Both the position numbers and the translations under genes were made by a program. Shown piece by piece: positions 18,351 through 25,783 of a DNA stretch of 32,000 bases. Source of the stretch: Rhodobacter capsulatus SB 1003 (GTDB lineage Bacteria; Pseudomonadota; Alphaproteobacteria; Rhodobacterales; Rhodobacteraceae); assembly GCF_000021865.1 (NCBI RefSeq), contig NC_014034.1, forward strand, positions 2,880,001 to 2,912,000, read 5' to 3'. The first letter of the stretch is position 1. Every line of letters begins with the position of its first letter. The notes beneath the pieces were generated by a model. It made no database searches and was not told the origin of the DNA. It saw only the letters and a program-made list of their open reading frames with translations.

Positions 18351-18815
18351 ATGCGCGAATCTGACGACATGACCCAGCACCGACTCGTCACCCTTCGCCT
18401 TCCGACGGACCTGATCGCCAAGATCGAGGCCGCCGCCCGCCTGCAGGAGGAAACGCCTGCAGAGCTGATCCGACGCTCGCTGAGCGACGCGCTGCGCGAG
18501 GCCCCGAGCGTCGTGCAAAAAAACGAGATGGCGGTGATCACCGCCGCCTTCGACAAGGCGCAGGGATGGCTTGATCTGCAAGCCAAGCTGCGCAAGGCCG
18601 GCTTCGTGCTGCGGCTCGAGGACGAACGGCTTGGACTGCACGAATGGCCTTCGGACCGGTTCGTGCTCTGGATAGAAGAGATCGGCCATTCGCTGACCGA
18701 TCTGATGCTGCAATACCGCGCCCCCTTCCCCGGCGCGCTGACCCGACGGGCGGGGCTTGCCCCGCGCGAGGTCGGTGTGACCGGCAGGGGACGACACCCG
18801 GGGCGGGCCGCCTGA
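18351..18815 (+). CDS. Ribbon-helix-helix domain protein, function unknown
   Basis: The N-terminus HRLVTLRLPTDLIAKIEAAARLQEETPAELIRRSLSDAL fits a strand-helix-helix (CopG/Arc-like) pattern. The ATG at 18351 is preceded by AAGG; an alternative ATG lies at 18369. Confidence 0.55.
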   Translation: MRESDDMTQHRLVTLRLPTDLIAKIEAAARLQEETPAELIRRSLSDALREAPSVVQKNEMAVITAAFDKAQGWLDLQAKLRKAGFVLRLEDERLGLHEWPSDRFVLWIEEIGHSLTDLMLQYRAPFPGALTRRAGLAPREVGVTGRGRHPGRAA

Positions 18816-18878
18816 AGGCGACCCCGCTGCACCGCCAGAATGGCGGCGTGATCCGGCCCCCCGCATGCGGGGCCAGGG

Positions 18879-18916
18879 CCTGACCGGCGGCAGAACGCCT
18901 CCGGTCAGGTTTTTTC
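18879..18916 (+). terminator. Intrinsic terminator downstream of the RHH gene
   Basis: CCTGACCGG (18879-18887) pairs with CCGGTCAGG (18901-18909), followed by TTTTTTC. Confidence 0.55.
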
Positions 18917-19108
18917 TTTGCCGGTCCGGCCCGATGACCGGCGGGCGGCGTCCCGTCGCCCGCGGGCGATCCGCCGGAATACCAGCCCCACCGCCGCGGC
19001 CCAAAGCCCGGAGATCAGCGCCACCTCCAGATTCGACAGCGCCCCGTCGGTCCCGCGCAACAGGGCACAGACCCCGGAGCCGATCAACAGGGCCTTGAGG
19101 ATCTCCAT
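18905..19108 (-). CDS. Small hypothetical membrane protein (67 aa)
   Basis: Has two hydrophobic segments and high GC3. Its ATG lies 11 nt after the DUF4139 stop. The SD is weak, so coding status is uncertain. Confidence 0.4.
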   Translation of the reverse strand: MEILKALLIGSGVCALLRGTDGALSNLEVALISGLWAAAVGLVFRRIARGRRDAARRSSGRTGKEKT

Positions 19109-19119
19109 AAGCCTGGGGC

Positions 19120-20724
19120 TTACTGCAGCACCTGATCGGCGGGCCAGCGCATCTTCGTGTCAAGCCGGATCGCCTGCGTCGCCCCGGCCGCCAGATCGAA
19201 CTCCCAGGCCAGAACGCCGCGCATGTCGTCGTAATCGGTCGTGGTCGCGGGCGGCGTCGCGGCATGGGTGATCTGCAGATCCTCCTGTTCGGCATAGGGC
19301 ACGCGGTCGATCACCCGCAGCGCCCAGGGCTTGCCGGTCAGGTTCTCCACCGTGATTTCGGCGGTCTCGGTCCGTTCGTTCGATTTCGTGATCAGGCCGC
19401 GGTCGCCCTCGTTCGTCTGCGGGATCACCCGCTTCAGCCGCAGCCCGTCGATCGCGCCAAAGCCCAGCCGCAGCCTGTCGCCCGCCGCGATCAGCGGCAG
19501 ATCCGCCGCCCCCACCACCGCGCCATCAAGCCAGAGCACCGCCGGGCCGGGCAGGATCGGCTCTGCCCCCGCGGTCCGCCCCTCGACGACCCGATAGGCG
19601 GTCTCGTCGAACATCGGCACCGCCTCGGCCAGCAGCTTGACCGGCGTCTCGATCCGATCCAGCTTCAGGCGCAGGTTTTCCACCCCGTCGCGGATATCGA
19701 CCGCGCCCGGATAGGTGTAAGTCACGGTTTCACCTTGCAATTCCATCGCCATCCGGCCCGCCGCCGGGGCCGGGGCGGCCTCTGCCACCGGGACGGCATA
19801 GCTGTCCATCGCCGCTTTCGGCGCCGCCATCCCCACCATCGGCGGCTCGGCCGGGCCGATGCGGCGCAGATCCGACCACATCTGCGACGGGTCGGTGCGC
19901 TCCGAGGGCCGCGCCGTGGACAGCACCAGCGCCACCCCGCGCCAATCCTCGCCCGAGGCCTGATGCACCGAGACGAACCGATCCAGCGCGAGGCTGCCCG
20001 CCGCGCTGTCCAGCCGCGCATCGTAACTCGGCGCCCAGCCCGCCTCGGCCACAAAGGTCGTCACCGTGACCCTGCCCGCGCCCGAGACCGTCAGCAGCAG
20101 CGAATCGCTGTCCTTTTTCGGGTTTTGCAGCGCGTCGAGCGCCTGTTTCGCCCGCGCCACCGCCTCTTTCGCCGGTTTCAGCGCCGCTTCCGCCGCGCGC
20201 ACCTCGGCCCGGGCGGCGATCCGCGCCTGTTCGGCCGCAAACACCCCCTCGGAGACCGTCCGCGCCAGCGCCGTCACCTTGTCGGGCGGCGTGTTCGAGG
20301 TATCGAGCGCGGTGAAGAAATCGGCCTCGGCCTCGGCCGCGGTGATCTTGGCGCGCAGCGCGGCCAGCTTGTCCTGCTGCGCGGCCAGATCGGCCCGCGC
20401 GGCCTCGAGCGCGGCGCGGGCCGCGCTGACCTCGGCCGAGGGCGCGCGTTCGGCGGCGGGTTCGCGCGCGTCCATCAGCGTCACCGCGCCGATCTCCACC
20501 CCCTCGCCCATCACGCGCAGGCTGGCGGGATCGGTGCCGTCGGGCAGATCGGGCACCAGCACCTCGGTCACGCCCGCGGGCACGGTGACGGAACGAGTCA
20601 CCTGCGCGCCTTCGGGGAAAAGCGTGACCGTGGAAAGGGTTGCGGGAATTTCCGCGGGCGCGGCAAACAGCGCCGCGGGGGCGCAGGCAAGGCAAAGGCT
20701 GGCGAAAAGCGGCAGACGGGGCAT
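19120..20724 (-). CDS. DUF4139 / mucoidy-inhibitor MuiA-like secreted protein
   Basis: ORF trimmed to the ATG at 20724, preceded by GGGAGG (MPRLPLFASLCLACAPAALFAAPAEIP, a signal peptide). It has a long Ala-rich coiled-coil-like central region and a beta-rich C-terminal half. The family call is from memory of the TIGR02231/DUF4139 architecture. Confidence 0.6.
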   Translation of the reverse strand: MPRLPLFASLCLACAPAALFAAPAEIPATLSTVTLFPEGAQVTRSVTVPAGVTEVLVPDLPDGTDPASLRVMGEGVEIGAVTLMDAREPAAERAPSAEVSAARAALEAARADLAAQQDKLAALRAKITAAEAEADFFTALDTSNTPPDKVTALARTVSEGVFAAEQARIAARAEVRAAEAALKPAKEAVARAKQALDALQNPKKDSDSLLLTVSGAGRVTVTTFVAEAGWAPSYDARLDSAAGSLALDRFVSVHQASGEDWRGVALVLSTARPSERTDPSQMWSDLRRIGPAEPPMVGMAAPKAAMDSYAVPVAEAAPAPAAGRMAMELQGETVTYTYPGAVDIRDGVENLRLKLDRIETPVKLLAEAVPMFDETAYRVVEGRTAGAEPILPGPAVLWLDGAVVGAADLPLIAAGDRLRLGFGAIDGLRLKRVIPQTNEGDRGLITKSNERTETAEITVENLTGKPWALRVIDRVPYAEQEDLQITHAATPPATTTDYDDMRGVLAWEFDLAAGATQAIRLDTKMRWPADQVLQ

Positions 20725-20770
20725 GGGGGTCCTCCCGGGAAAAGATGCTCTCAGCGTCCCTTGGGTCGCG

Positions 20771-20806
20771 CGCAAAAGCAAGAGGGCGCCCCGGGGGGAC
20801 GCCCTC
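20771..20806 (-). terminator. Intrinsic terminator after asd
   Basis: GAGGGCG and CGCCCTC form a stem (20782-20806). On the minus strand it is followed by TTGCTTTTG. It lies about 25 nt downstream of the asd stop. Confidence 0.5.
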
Positions 20807-20829
20807 ACGTTTCAGCGGGTGGCGCGTGA

Positions 20830-21852
20830 TCAGCCTTTTTTCAGGCAGCGTTGGCCCAGCACTTCGGCGATCTGCACCGCATTCAGCGCCGCGCCCTTGC
20901 GCAGGTTGTCCGAGACGCACCACAGGTTCAGCCCGTTCTCGATCGTGCTGTCCTGCCGGATGCGCGAGATGTAGGTGGCATATTCGCCGACGCATTCGAC
21001 CGGCGTGATGTAGCCACCGGCTTCACGCTTGTCGACGACGAGCACGCCCGGGGCTTCGCGCAGGATCTCGGTCGCTTCTTCCCAGTCGAGGAATTCCTCG
21101 AACTCGATGTTCACCGCTTCCGAATGGCCGACGAAGACCGGCACGCGCACGCAGGTCGCGGTGACTTTGATCGACGGATCAAGGATCTTCTTCGTCTCGG
21201 CCACCATCTTCCATTCTTCCTTGGTCTCGCCGGAATCAAGGAAGACGTCGATATGCGGGATCACGTTGAAGGCGATCTGCTTGGGGTAAACCTTGGGCGC
21301 GACTTCCTGACCGGGGACATACATGCCCTTGGTCTGGTTCCAAAGCTCGTCCATCGCTTCCTTGCCGGTGCCCGAGACCGATTGATAGGTCGAGACCACG
21401 ACGCGCTTGATTTTCGCGCGGTCATGCAGCGGTTTCAGCGCCACCACCATCTGCGCGGTCGAGCAGTTCGGGTTCGCGATGATCATCTTGTTGGTGTAGC
21501 GCACGACGTCATCAGCGTTCACCTCGGGCACGATCAGCGGGATTTCCGGGTCGTAACGGTACAGCGAGGAGTTGTCGATCACCACGCAGCCCTGCGACGC
21601 GGCTTTCGGCGCGTAGACTTTCGTCGCGTCCGAGCCGATCGCGAAGAGCGCGATGTCCCAGCCGGTGAAATCGAACGTGTCGAGGTCCTGGGTCTTCAAA
21701 GTTCGGTCGCCAAAGCTGACTTCGGTGCCAAGCGACTTGCGCGACGCCAGCGCCGCGATTTCGTCCACCGGAAACTCGCGCTCGGCGAGAATGTTCAGCA
21801 TTTCCTTGCCAACGTTGCCCGTGGCACCGACGACGACGACCTTGTAGCCCAT
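20830..21852 (-). CDS. asd: Aspartate-semialdehyde dehydrogenase
   Basis: This is the C-terminal 340 aa of the 1248-aa track ORF. It begins MGYKVVVVGATGNVGKEMLNILAEREFP (Rossmann GxxGxxG) and contains IANPNCSTAQMVVALKPL with the active-site Cys. A strong SD (GAAGGAGG) lies 5 nt upstream of the ATG at 21852. Confidence 0.93.
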   Translation of the reverse strand: MGYKVVVVGATGNVGKEMLNILAEREFPVDEIAALASRKSLGTEVSFGDRTLKTQDLDTFDFTGWDIALFAIGSDATKVYAPKAASQGCVVIDNSSLYRYDPEIPLIVPEVNADDVVRYTNKMIIANPNCSTAQMVVALKPLHDRAKIKRVVVSTYQSVSGTGKEAMDELWNQTKGMYVPGQEVAPKVYPKQIAFNVIPHIDVFLDSGETKEEWKMVAETKKILDPSIKVTATCVRVPVFVGHSEAVNIEFEEFLDWEEATEILREAPGVLVVDKREAGGYITPVECVGEYATYISRIRQDSTIENGLNLWCVSDNLRKGAALNAVQIAEVLGQRCLKKG

Positions 21853-22149
21853 CCGGACCTCCTTCTCGAAAGAACGACCCCCGCTAGCGGAAACGGGGGG
21901 GTTTGGAAAGGGTTCGGGAAGTTTTCGGGAAAGTGGTGCGCAAAGGTCCCGGATCGGATCGGGCGGATCAGGAAACGCGACCCGCGTTTCCCCGCCCGTC
22001 GGTGCAGCGTCTGCCCCGGGGCCGATCTGCGCCAGGCGCGACAGAGGCCAGCGCCAGCCCCGGGCGGCGCGAAAGCGCCCGCCATGGGGCGGGGCGGGCG
22101 CTGGCCGGGGGCCTTTGGGCCCCCGTCTGACAAGGGGAACCGTCTCGCA

Positions 22150-22173
22150 GGGCGAAGGCGATGGCCTTCGCCC
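22150..22173 (-). terminator. Stem-loop immediately after the MFS transporter stop (possible terminator)
   Basis: A 10-bp perfect stem, GGGCGAAGGC with GCCTTCGCCC, starts 2 nt past the stop codon. There is no clear U-tract. Confidence 0.35.
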
Positions 22174-22175
22174 CC

Positions 22176-23354
22176 TCAATGGGGCCGCGCGCGCGAGAAC
22201 AGATAGACCGCCAGACCGGCCACGACCGGGATCAGGAAGAACAGGAAAAGCGCCCGATAGGCCGCCACCGGATCGCCCGCGCTTGAGGCCGCGGCAAAGA
22301 CCGGACGCGACAGGAAGAGCCCGATCCCCGCCCCGGCGATCGAGAACAGGTTCAAAAGCGTCACCCCCCGGCCCACCAGATGCGGCGGCAGGAAGGTCCG
22401 CCCATGCGCCATCAGAACCGGGAAGGAGGCGCCAAAGAACCCCACCGCGGCCAGAAGCGCCGTCGCCTGCCACAGCCCCGCATCGGGCGCGAAGGCAAGC
22501 GCCGCAAGCGCCAGACAGAGCACCAGATTGCCCGCAATCGCCACCCGCTTGTGGCTGCCAAGGATGCGGTCGGCCGGGCCATAGGCGAAATTGCCCAGCA
22601 CCATCGCCACCCCCATCGCCAGCGTGACCTTGCCGATCAGGCCCGCATCGGCGTCCTGCAGCGCGCTCAGCCAAGGTCCCGCCCAAAGCCCCCGGATCGC
22701 CGCGGCGGCAGTGTAATTGGCAAAGATCAAGGGCAGGATCAGCCAGAAGCCGGGCAGCCGCAGGATGTCGAAAACATTGCCCTTTTGGCCCTTGTGCGCG
22801 ATGCGTTCCGGGTCGCGGGTAAAGATCAGGATCGCCAGCGCCACGACTAGCGTCACCCCGGTCAGCCCCCAAAGCGTGGCCCTCCAGCCGAACGCGTCGA
22901 TCGCCGCGGCAAGCGGCGCGGCGCCTGCCAGATTGCCCAGACTGCCGACCCCGATAACCGCCGCGGCCAAAGTGCCGAAGATCGCGGGGGAAAAACTGCG
23001 CGCAAAGATGTAGTAAGATCCCATCAGAACGGGCGAGCAGCCGATGCCGATCAGCACCATCGCCAGATGGATGCCCCAGGGTCCGGTGGCCAGCGCGAAG
23101 GTCGCCGCGCCCCCGCCCCCGCCCAAGGCCAGCAGCCAGCCCACGGTCCGGCGCGGCCCGATCCGGTCGAGCGCCTCGCCCACCGGGATCTGCATCAGCG
23201 CGAAGGCCAGATACCAAAGGCCAAGCGAGACGGCCAGATCCTCGGCCGAGGCCCCCAGTTCCGTCTTCAGAACCGGCGTCAGCACCGCAAGGCAGGCACG
23301 ATAGAACTGGCTGAGCACATAGCCCGCCACAAGAAACGCAATCGACAGTCGCAT
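22176..23354 (-). CDS. MFS transporter
   Basis: ORF trimmed to the ATG at 23354, preceded by GGGGAGGG (MRLSIAFLVAGYVLSQFYRACLAVL...). About 392 aa with roughly 12 hydrophobic segments. The substrate is unknown. Confidence 0.8.
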   Translation of the reverse strand: MRLSIAFLVAGYVLSQFYRACLAVLTPVLKTELGASAEDLAVSLGLWYLAFALMQIPVGEALDRIGPRRTVGWLLALGGGGGAATFALATGPWGIHLAMVLIGIGCSPVLMGSYYIFARSFSPAIFGTLAAAVIGVGSLGNLAGAAPLAAAIDAFGWRATLWGLTGVTLVVALAILIFTRDPERIAHKGQKGNVFDILRLPGFWLILPLIFANYTAAAAIRGLWAGPWLSALQDADAGLIGKVTLAMGVAMVLGNFAYGPADRILGSHKRVAIAGNLVLCLALAALAFAPDAGLWQATALLAAVGFFGASFPVLMAHGRTFLPPHLVGRGVTLLNLFSIAGAGIGLFLSRPVFAAASSAGDPVAAYRALFLFFLIPVVAGLAVYLFSRARPH

Positions 23355-23517
23355 GATCCCTCCCCGGAGCCGGGCCAAGCTGCCTTGGGACGTGCGCAAA
23401 CACAAGGGTCTGCGACAAACCGGGGGTCTGCGGCGCGTCAAGATCGCGCCTGCTTGCTTGCGGGCGTCCTGCGGCTGCCCTAACCTCGCCTCCGTTTTCC
23501 GCACGAAGGGCCGCTCC

Positions 23518-24153
23518 ATGTTCGACTACACCGCGCTGCACTGGTCGGGCTTTCTGACCGCCGCCGTGCTTTTGAACCTGTCCCCCGGCCCGGACATGGC
23601 CTTCATCCTCGGGCAAACCCTGCGCGGCGGTCGCAAGGCGGGGTTCGCGGCGATGACGGGGGTCTGGACGGGCGCCCTCGGCCATGCGCTTTTTGCCGCC
23701 GCCGGGCTGTCGGCGCTGCTCGCCTCCTCGGCGCTGGCCTTCGCGCTGGTGAAGGCGATCGGGGCGGCCTATCTGATCTTTCTCGGCCTCAAGGCCCTGC
23801 GCGCGCCCGGGGGCAGCTTCGTCTCCGAGGCGCCCGAAGGCCTCTGCCCGGGCTGGCAGGTCTGGCGTCAGGGCGTGTTCGTGTCGCTGCTGAACCCCAA
23901 GGTCGCGATCTTTTTCCTGGCCTTCCTGCCGCAATTTGTCGTGGCCGGTGCGGGGCCGGTGTGGGCACAGCTGTTCCTGCACGGGTTTCTGGTGATCGCG
24001 GTCGCGGCGCTGATCGAGCCGCCCCTGGTCCTGATCGGCGCGACCGTGACGCGCGGATTGCGCGATCGCCCCGGGGTCGGACGCTGGCTGGACCGGGCCC
24101 TTGGCACGCTGCTGGTTGGTCTTGGGGTCAGATTGGCGCTGCAGCAGCGGTGA
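23518..24153 (+). CDS. LysE/RhtB family amino-acid exporter
   Basis: ORF trimmed to the ATG at 23518 (MFDYTALHWSGFLTAAVLLNLSPGPDMAFILGQTLRGGRKAG...). This is a typical LysE-family N-terminus, with about 211 aa and 5-6 TM segments. Confidence 0.82.
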   Translation: MFDYTALHWSGFLTAAVLLNLSPGPDMAFILGQTLRGGRKAGFAAMTGVWTGALGHALFAAAGLSALLASSALAFALVKAIGAAYLIFLGLKALRAPGGSFVSEAPEGLCPGWQVWRQGVFVSLLNPKVAIFFLAFLPQFVVAGAGPVWAQLFLHGFLVIAVAALIEPPLVLIGATVTRGLRDRPGVGRWLDRALGTLLVGLGVRLALQQR

Positions 24154-24312
24154 TCCGGCGCGGCGCGGATCCCGGGGGAACGGCGGATGCCGCCGGACCG
24201 GGCCTGCGCCGCCGCAGCGCCCCGGGCGGCAGAGCCCCTCATCTGCCTGTGGCCACCTGCCGCACAGAATTAGCTCTTGTTCTGCCCTGCCGTGCCGCAT
24301 ATACGAGCAGAC

Positions 24313-24402
24313 GGAGCGGTGGCCGAGTGGTCGAAGGCACACCCCTGCTAAGGGTGCAGGCGGGAAACCGTCTCGAGGGTTCGAATCCCTTCCGCTCCGC
24401 CA
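24313..24402 (+). tRNA. tRNA-Ser (anticodon GCU)
   Basis: GGAGCGGTGGCCGAGTGGTCGAAGGCACACCCCTGCTAAGGGTGCAGGCGGGAAACCGTCTCGAGGGTTCGAATCCCTTCCGCTCCGCCA. The acceptor stem is GGAGCGG/CCGCTCC and the anticodon loop is CUGCUAA. It has a long variable arm, the T-loop GGTTCGAATCC and an encoded CCA. Confidence 0.93.
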
Positions 24403-24428
24403 CTTGCCCCCGCGAAAGCGTTCTCCCG

Positions 24429-24452
24429 ATCCGGCTGCGGCCGGATTTTTTC
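24429..24452 (+). terminator. Intrinsic terminator of tRNA-Ser
   Basis: ATCCGGC, loop TGCG, then GCCGGAT, followed by TTTTTT. Confidence 0.75.
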
Positions 24453-24763
24453 GTTGTTTTCGAGGGTTATGCGGGAGGGGCTGAGCACCGGCGTCAGCAC
24501 CTGGAGGCCCGGAAGCGGTCTCTGAGGACTGATATTCTCCGGACCTCATGACTGCCAAGTTCCAGTACTGAGCCATTATCTAATTGATTTTATTTGAGAT
24601 TTCTGGGATCACCCTGAGCACTTCGCTTTCTGTGCCATTCGCGAGTTGGAACAGAAATCAAACATATCCGGCGCGCTCCTATGCGTTGATGCCTCGGAAT
24701 TGTGACGCCGTCAGCCGTCGGCCTTCGACGGGTTGCGCCTCAGCTCGGTCGCCAGTTAGGGTC

Positions 24764-25783
24764 CTATGGCGGCAACAGCGCCCGTTCTACTGGTGCGAGG
24801 GCATCGATCCGCGCCTTGCCGAGTTGTCGACAACCGGCAAGTTCAGTCAGAAATCGCACCCCTGCCACGCCTGCGGGGAGTGGTGGCCTGATGGCTGGGA
24901 TCACGCTCATATCGTACATCCGCAGGGAAGAGGTCGCACGGGCTAGGTCGAACGACCAGCCCAGCGCCGACTGCATATCTCGCCCGAGTGTGTCGGCCAC
25001 CACGGTGCGAAGCTTCAGTATGAGGTCGTGAAGCTCGATCCGCGCCTCGATATCGGAAACAAGCTCTGCGAGTGAGAAACCGCCTGCGGCCGGCTGAACG
25101 ACCAAAGAGGATAGAATCCCTGTAGTACCTGGTGGTGGATTTGCCTGTTCGAAAGAGACCTCATGTGCCCGGCGGTCCGTGGTGGTAGCCTTCGCGTCCA
25201 AGCGAAGGGAGCCCACGGCGAAGTCATAGCGCTCGTCTTGGTCTACGCGCCAGGCGCGGACAGCTGATGCGGGGTCAGTTGCGGCCCGGATGACGAGCAA
25301 CTCGCCAGCCAATCCGACCATGTTCTTCCTTGGCGTTTTGGCGAGCCGCTGAAAAAGGTCCACCAAGCGGTCCACAACCTCGGCAACTGCGGCCACCGTT
25401 GGATTGGGGCCGAGTGTCGCAGCGAGGAACTCCATCGTGGTGAGAAAGTATCGCTCGGCCGCACGTTCCTGAGACCTGCAAGAGACGACCGTCAGATTCT
25501 CGGTCCGGACTTCGCCGTCGCGCTCTTCAATGCGACAGGCGACGCTGAAGCGCGCCTCGATACCCGCAAGGACCAACGGCACCCGGTTTGTGGCCCCTGA
25601 GGTCCGGATCAGCAGTGCTGCGTAACCGGAGTTGTCCCGCCCCACGTAGTAGGCAGCTTCTGTTGGCGCCGCGGCGACGCTGAACGTGCCAGCCTGATCT
25701 GGCCTAGGCAGCCGTTCAAGCAGAGCGGGCAGTTGGCTGATCAATCTTGCACTTCCTGACCAGCTTGCAGTTGCACCAGCCAT
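24764..25783 (-). CDS. PD-(D/E)XK-motif protein (candidate nuclease effector)
   Basis: Last gene of the operon. It contains GLAGELLVI ... ERYDFAVGSLRLDAKAT, which fits E...D-x(10)-DxK of the restriction-endonuclease fold. The ATG at 25783 gives a 43-nt overlap with the upstream gene. An alternative TTG at 25744 has AGGAAG 7 nt upstream and overlaps the upstream stop (TTGA). Confidence 0.6.
   Translation of the reverse strand: MAGATASWSGSARLISQLPALLERLPRPDQAGTFSVAAAPTEAAYYVGRDNSGYAALLIRTSGATNRVPLVLAGIEARFSVACRIEERDGEVRTENLTVVSCRSQERAAERYFLTTMEFLAATLGPNPTVAAVAEVVDRLVDLFQRLAKTPRKNMVGLAGELLVIRAATDPASAVRAWRVDQDERYDFAVGSLRLDAKATTTDRRAHEVSFEQANPPPGTTGILSSLVVQPAAGGFSLAELVSDIEARIELHDLILKLRTVVADTLGRDMQSALGWSFDLARATSSLRMYDMSVIPAIRPPLPAGVAGVRFLTELAGCRQLGKARIDALAPVERALLPP

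Noticed and set aside
19264-20995. ORFs 19264..20829 (+), 19730..20995 (-) and 20066..20974 (+)
   Set aside because: They overlap the DUF4139 gene in other frames or on the other strand. Their Arg/Gly or Ser/Ala-rich compositions indicate artefacts.
21853-24576. N-terminal 908 aa of the 1248-aa ORF 20830..24576
   Set aside because: Only the last 340 aa (asd, with a strong SD at 21852) are credible. The rest reads through an intergenic region, an off-frame copy of the MFS gene, the antisense of the LysE gene and the tRNA.
24481-24620. The 8-mer CTGAGCAC, present at 24481-24488 and 24613-24620, as possible att direct repeats
   Set aside because: It is too short to distinguish from chance, and no matching copy occurs near the other end of the island within the window.
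24584-25031. Plus-strand ORFs 24584..24946 and 24702..25031 at the island edge
   Set aside because: The first uses a TTG start in AT-rich non-coding DNA with no SD. Both largely overlap the antisense of the PD-(D/E)XK gene, and neither has motifs.
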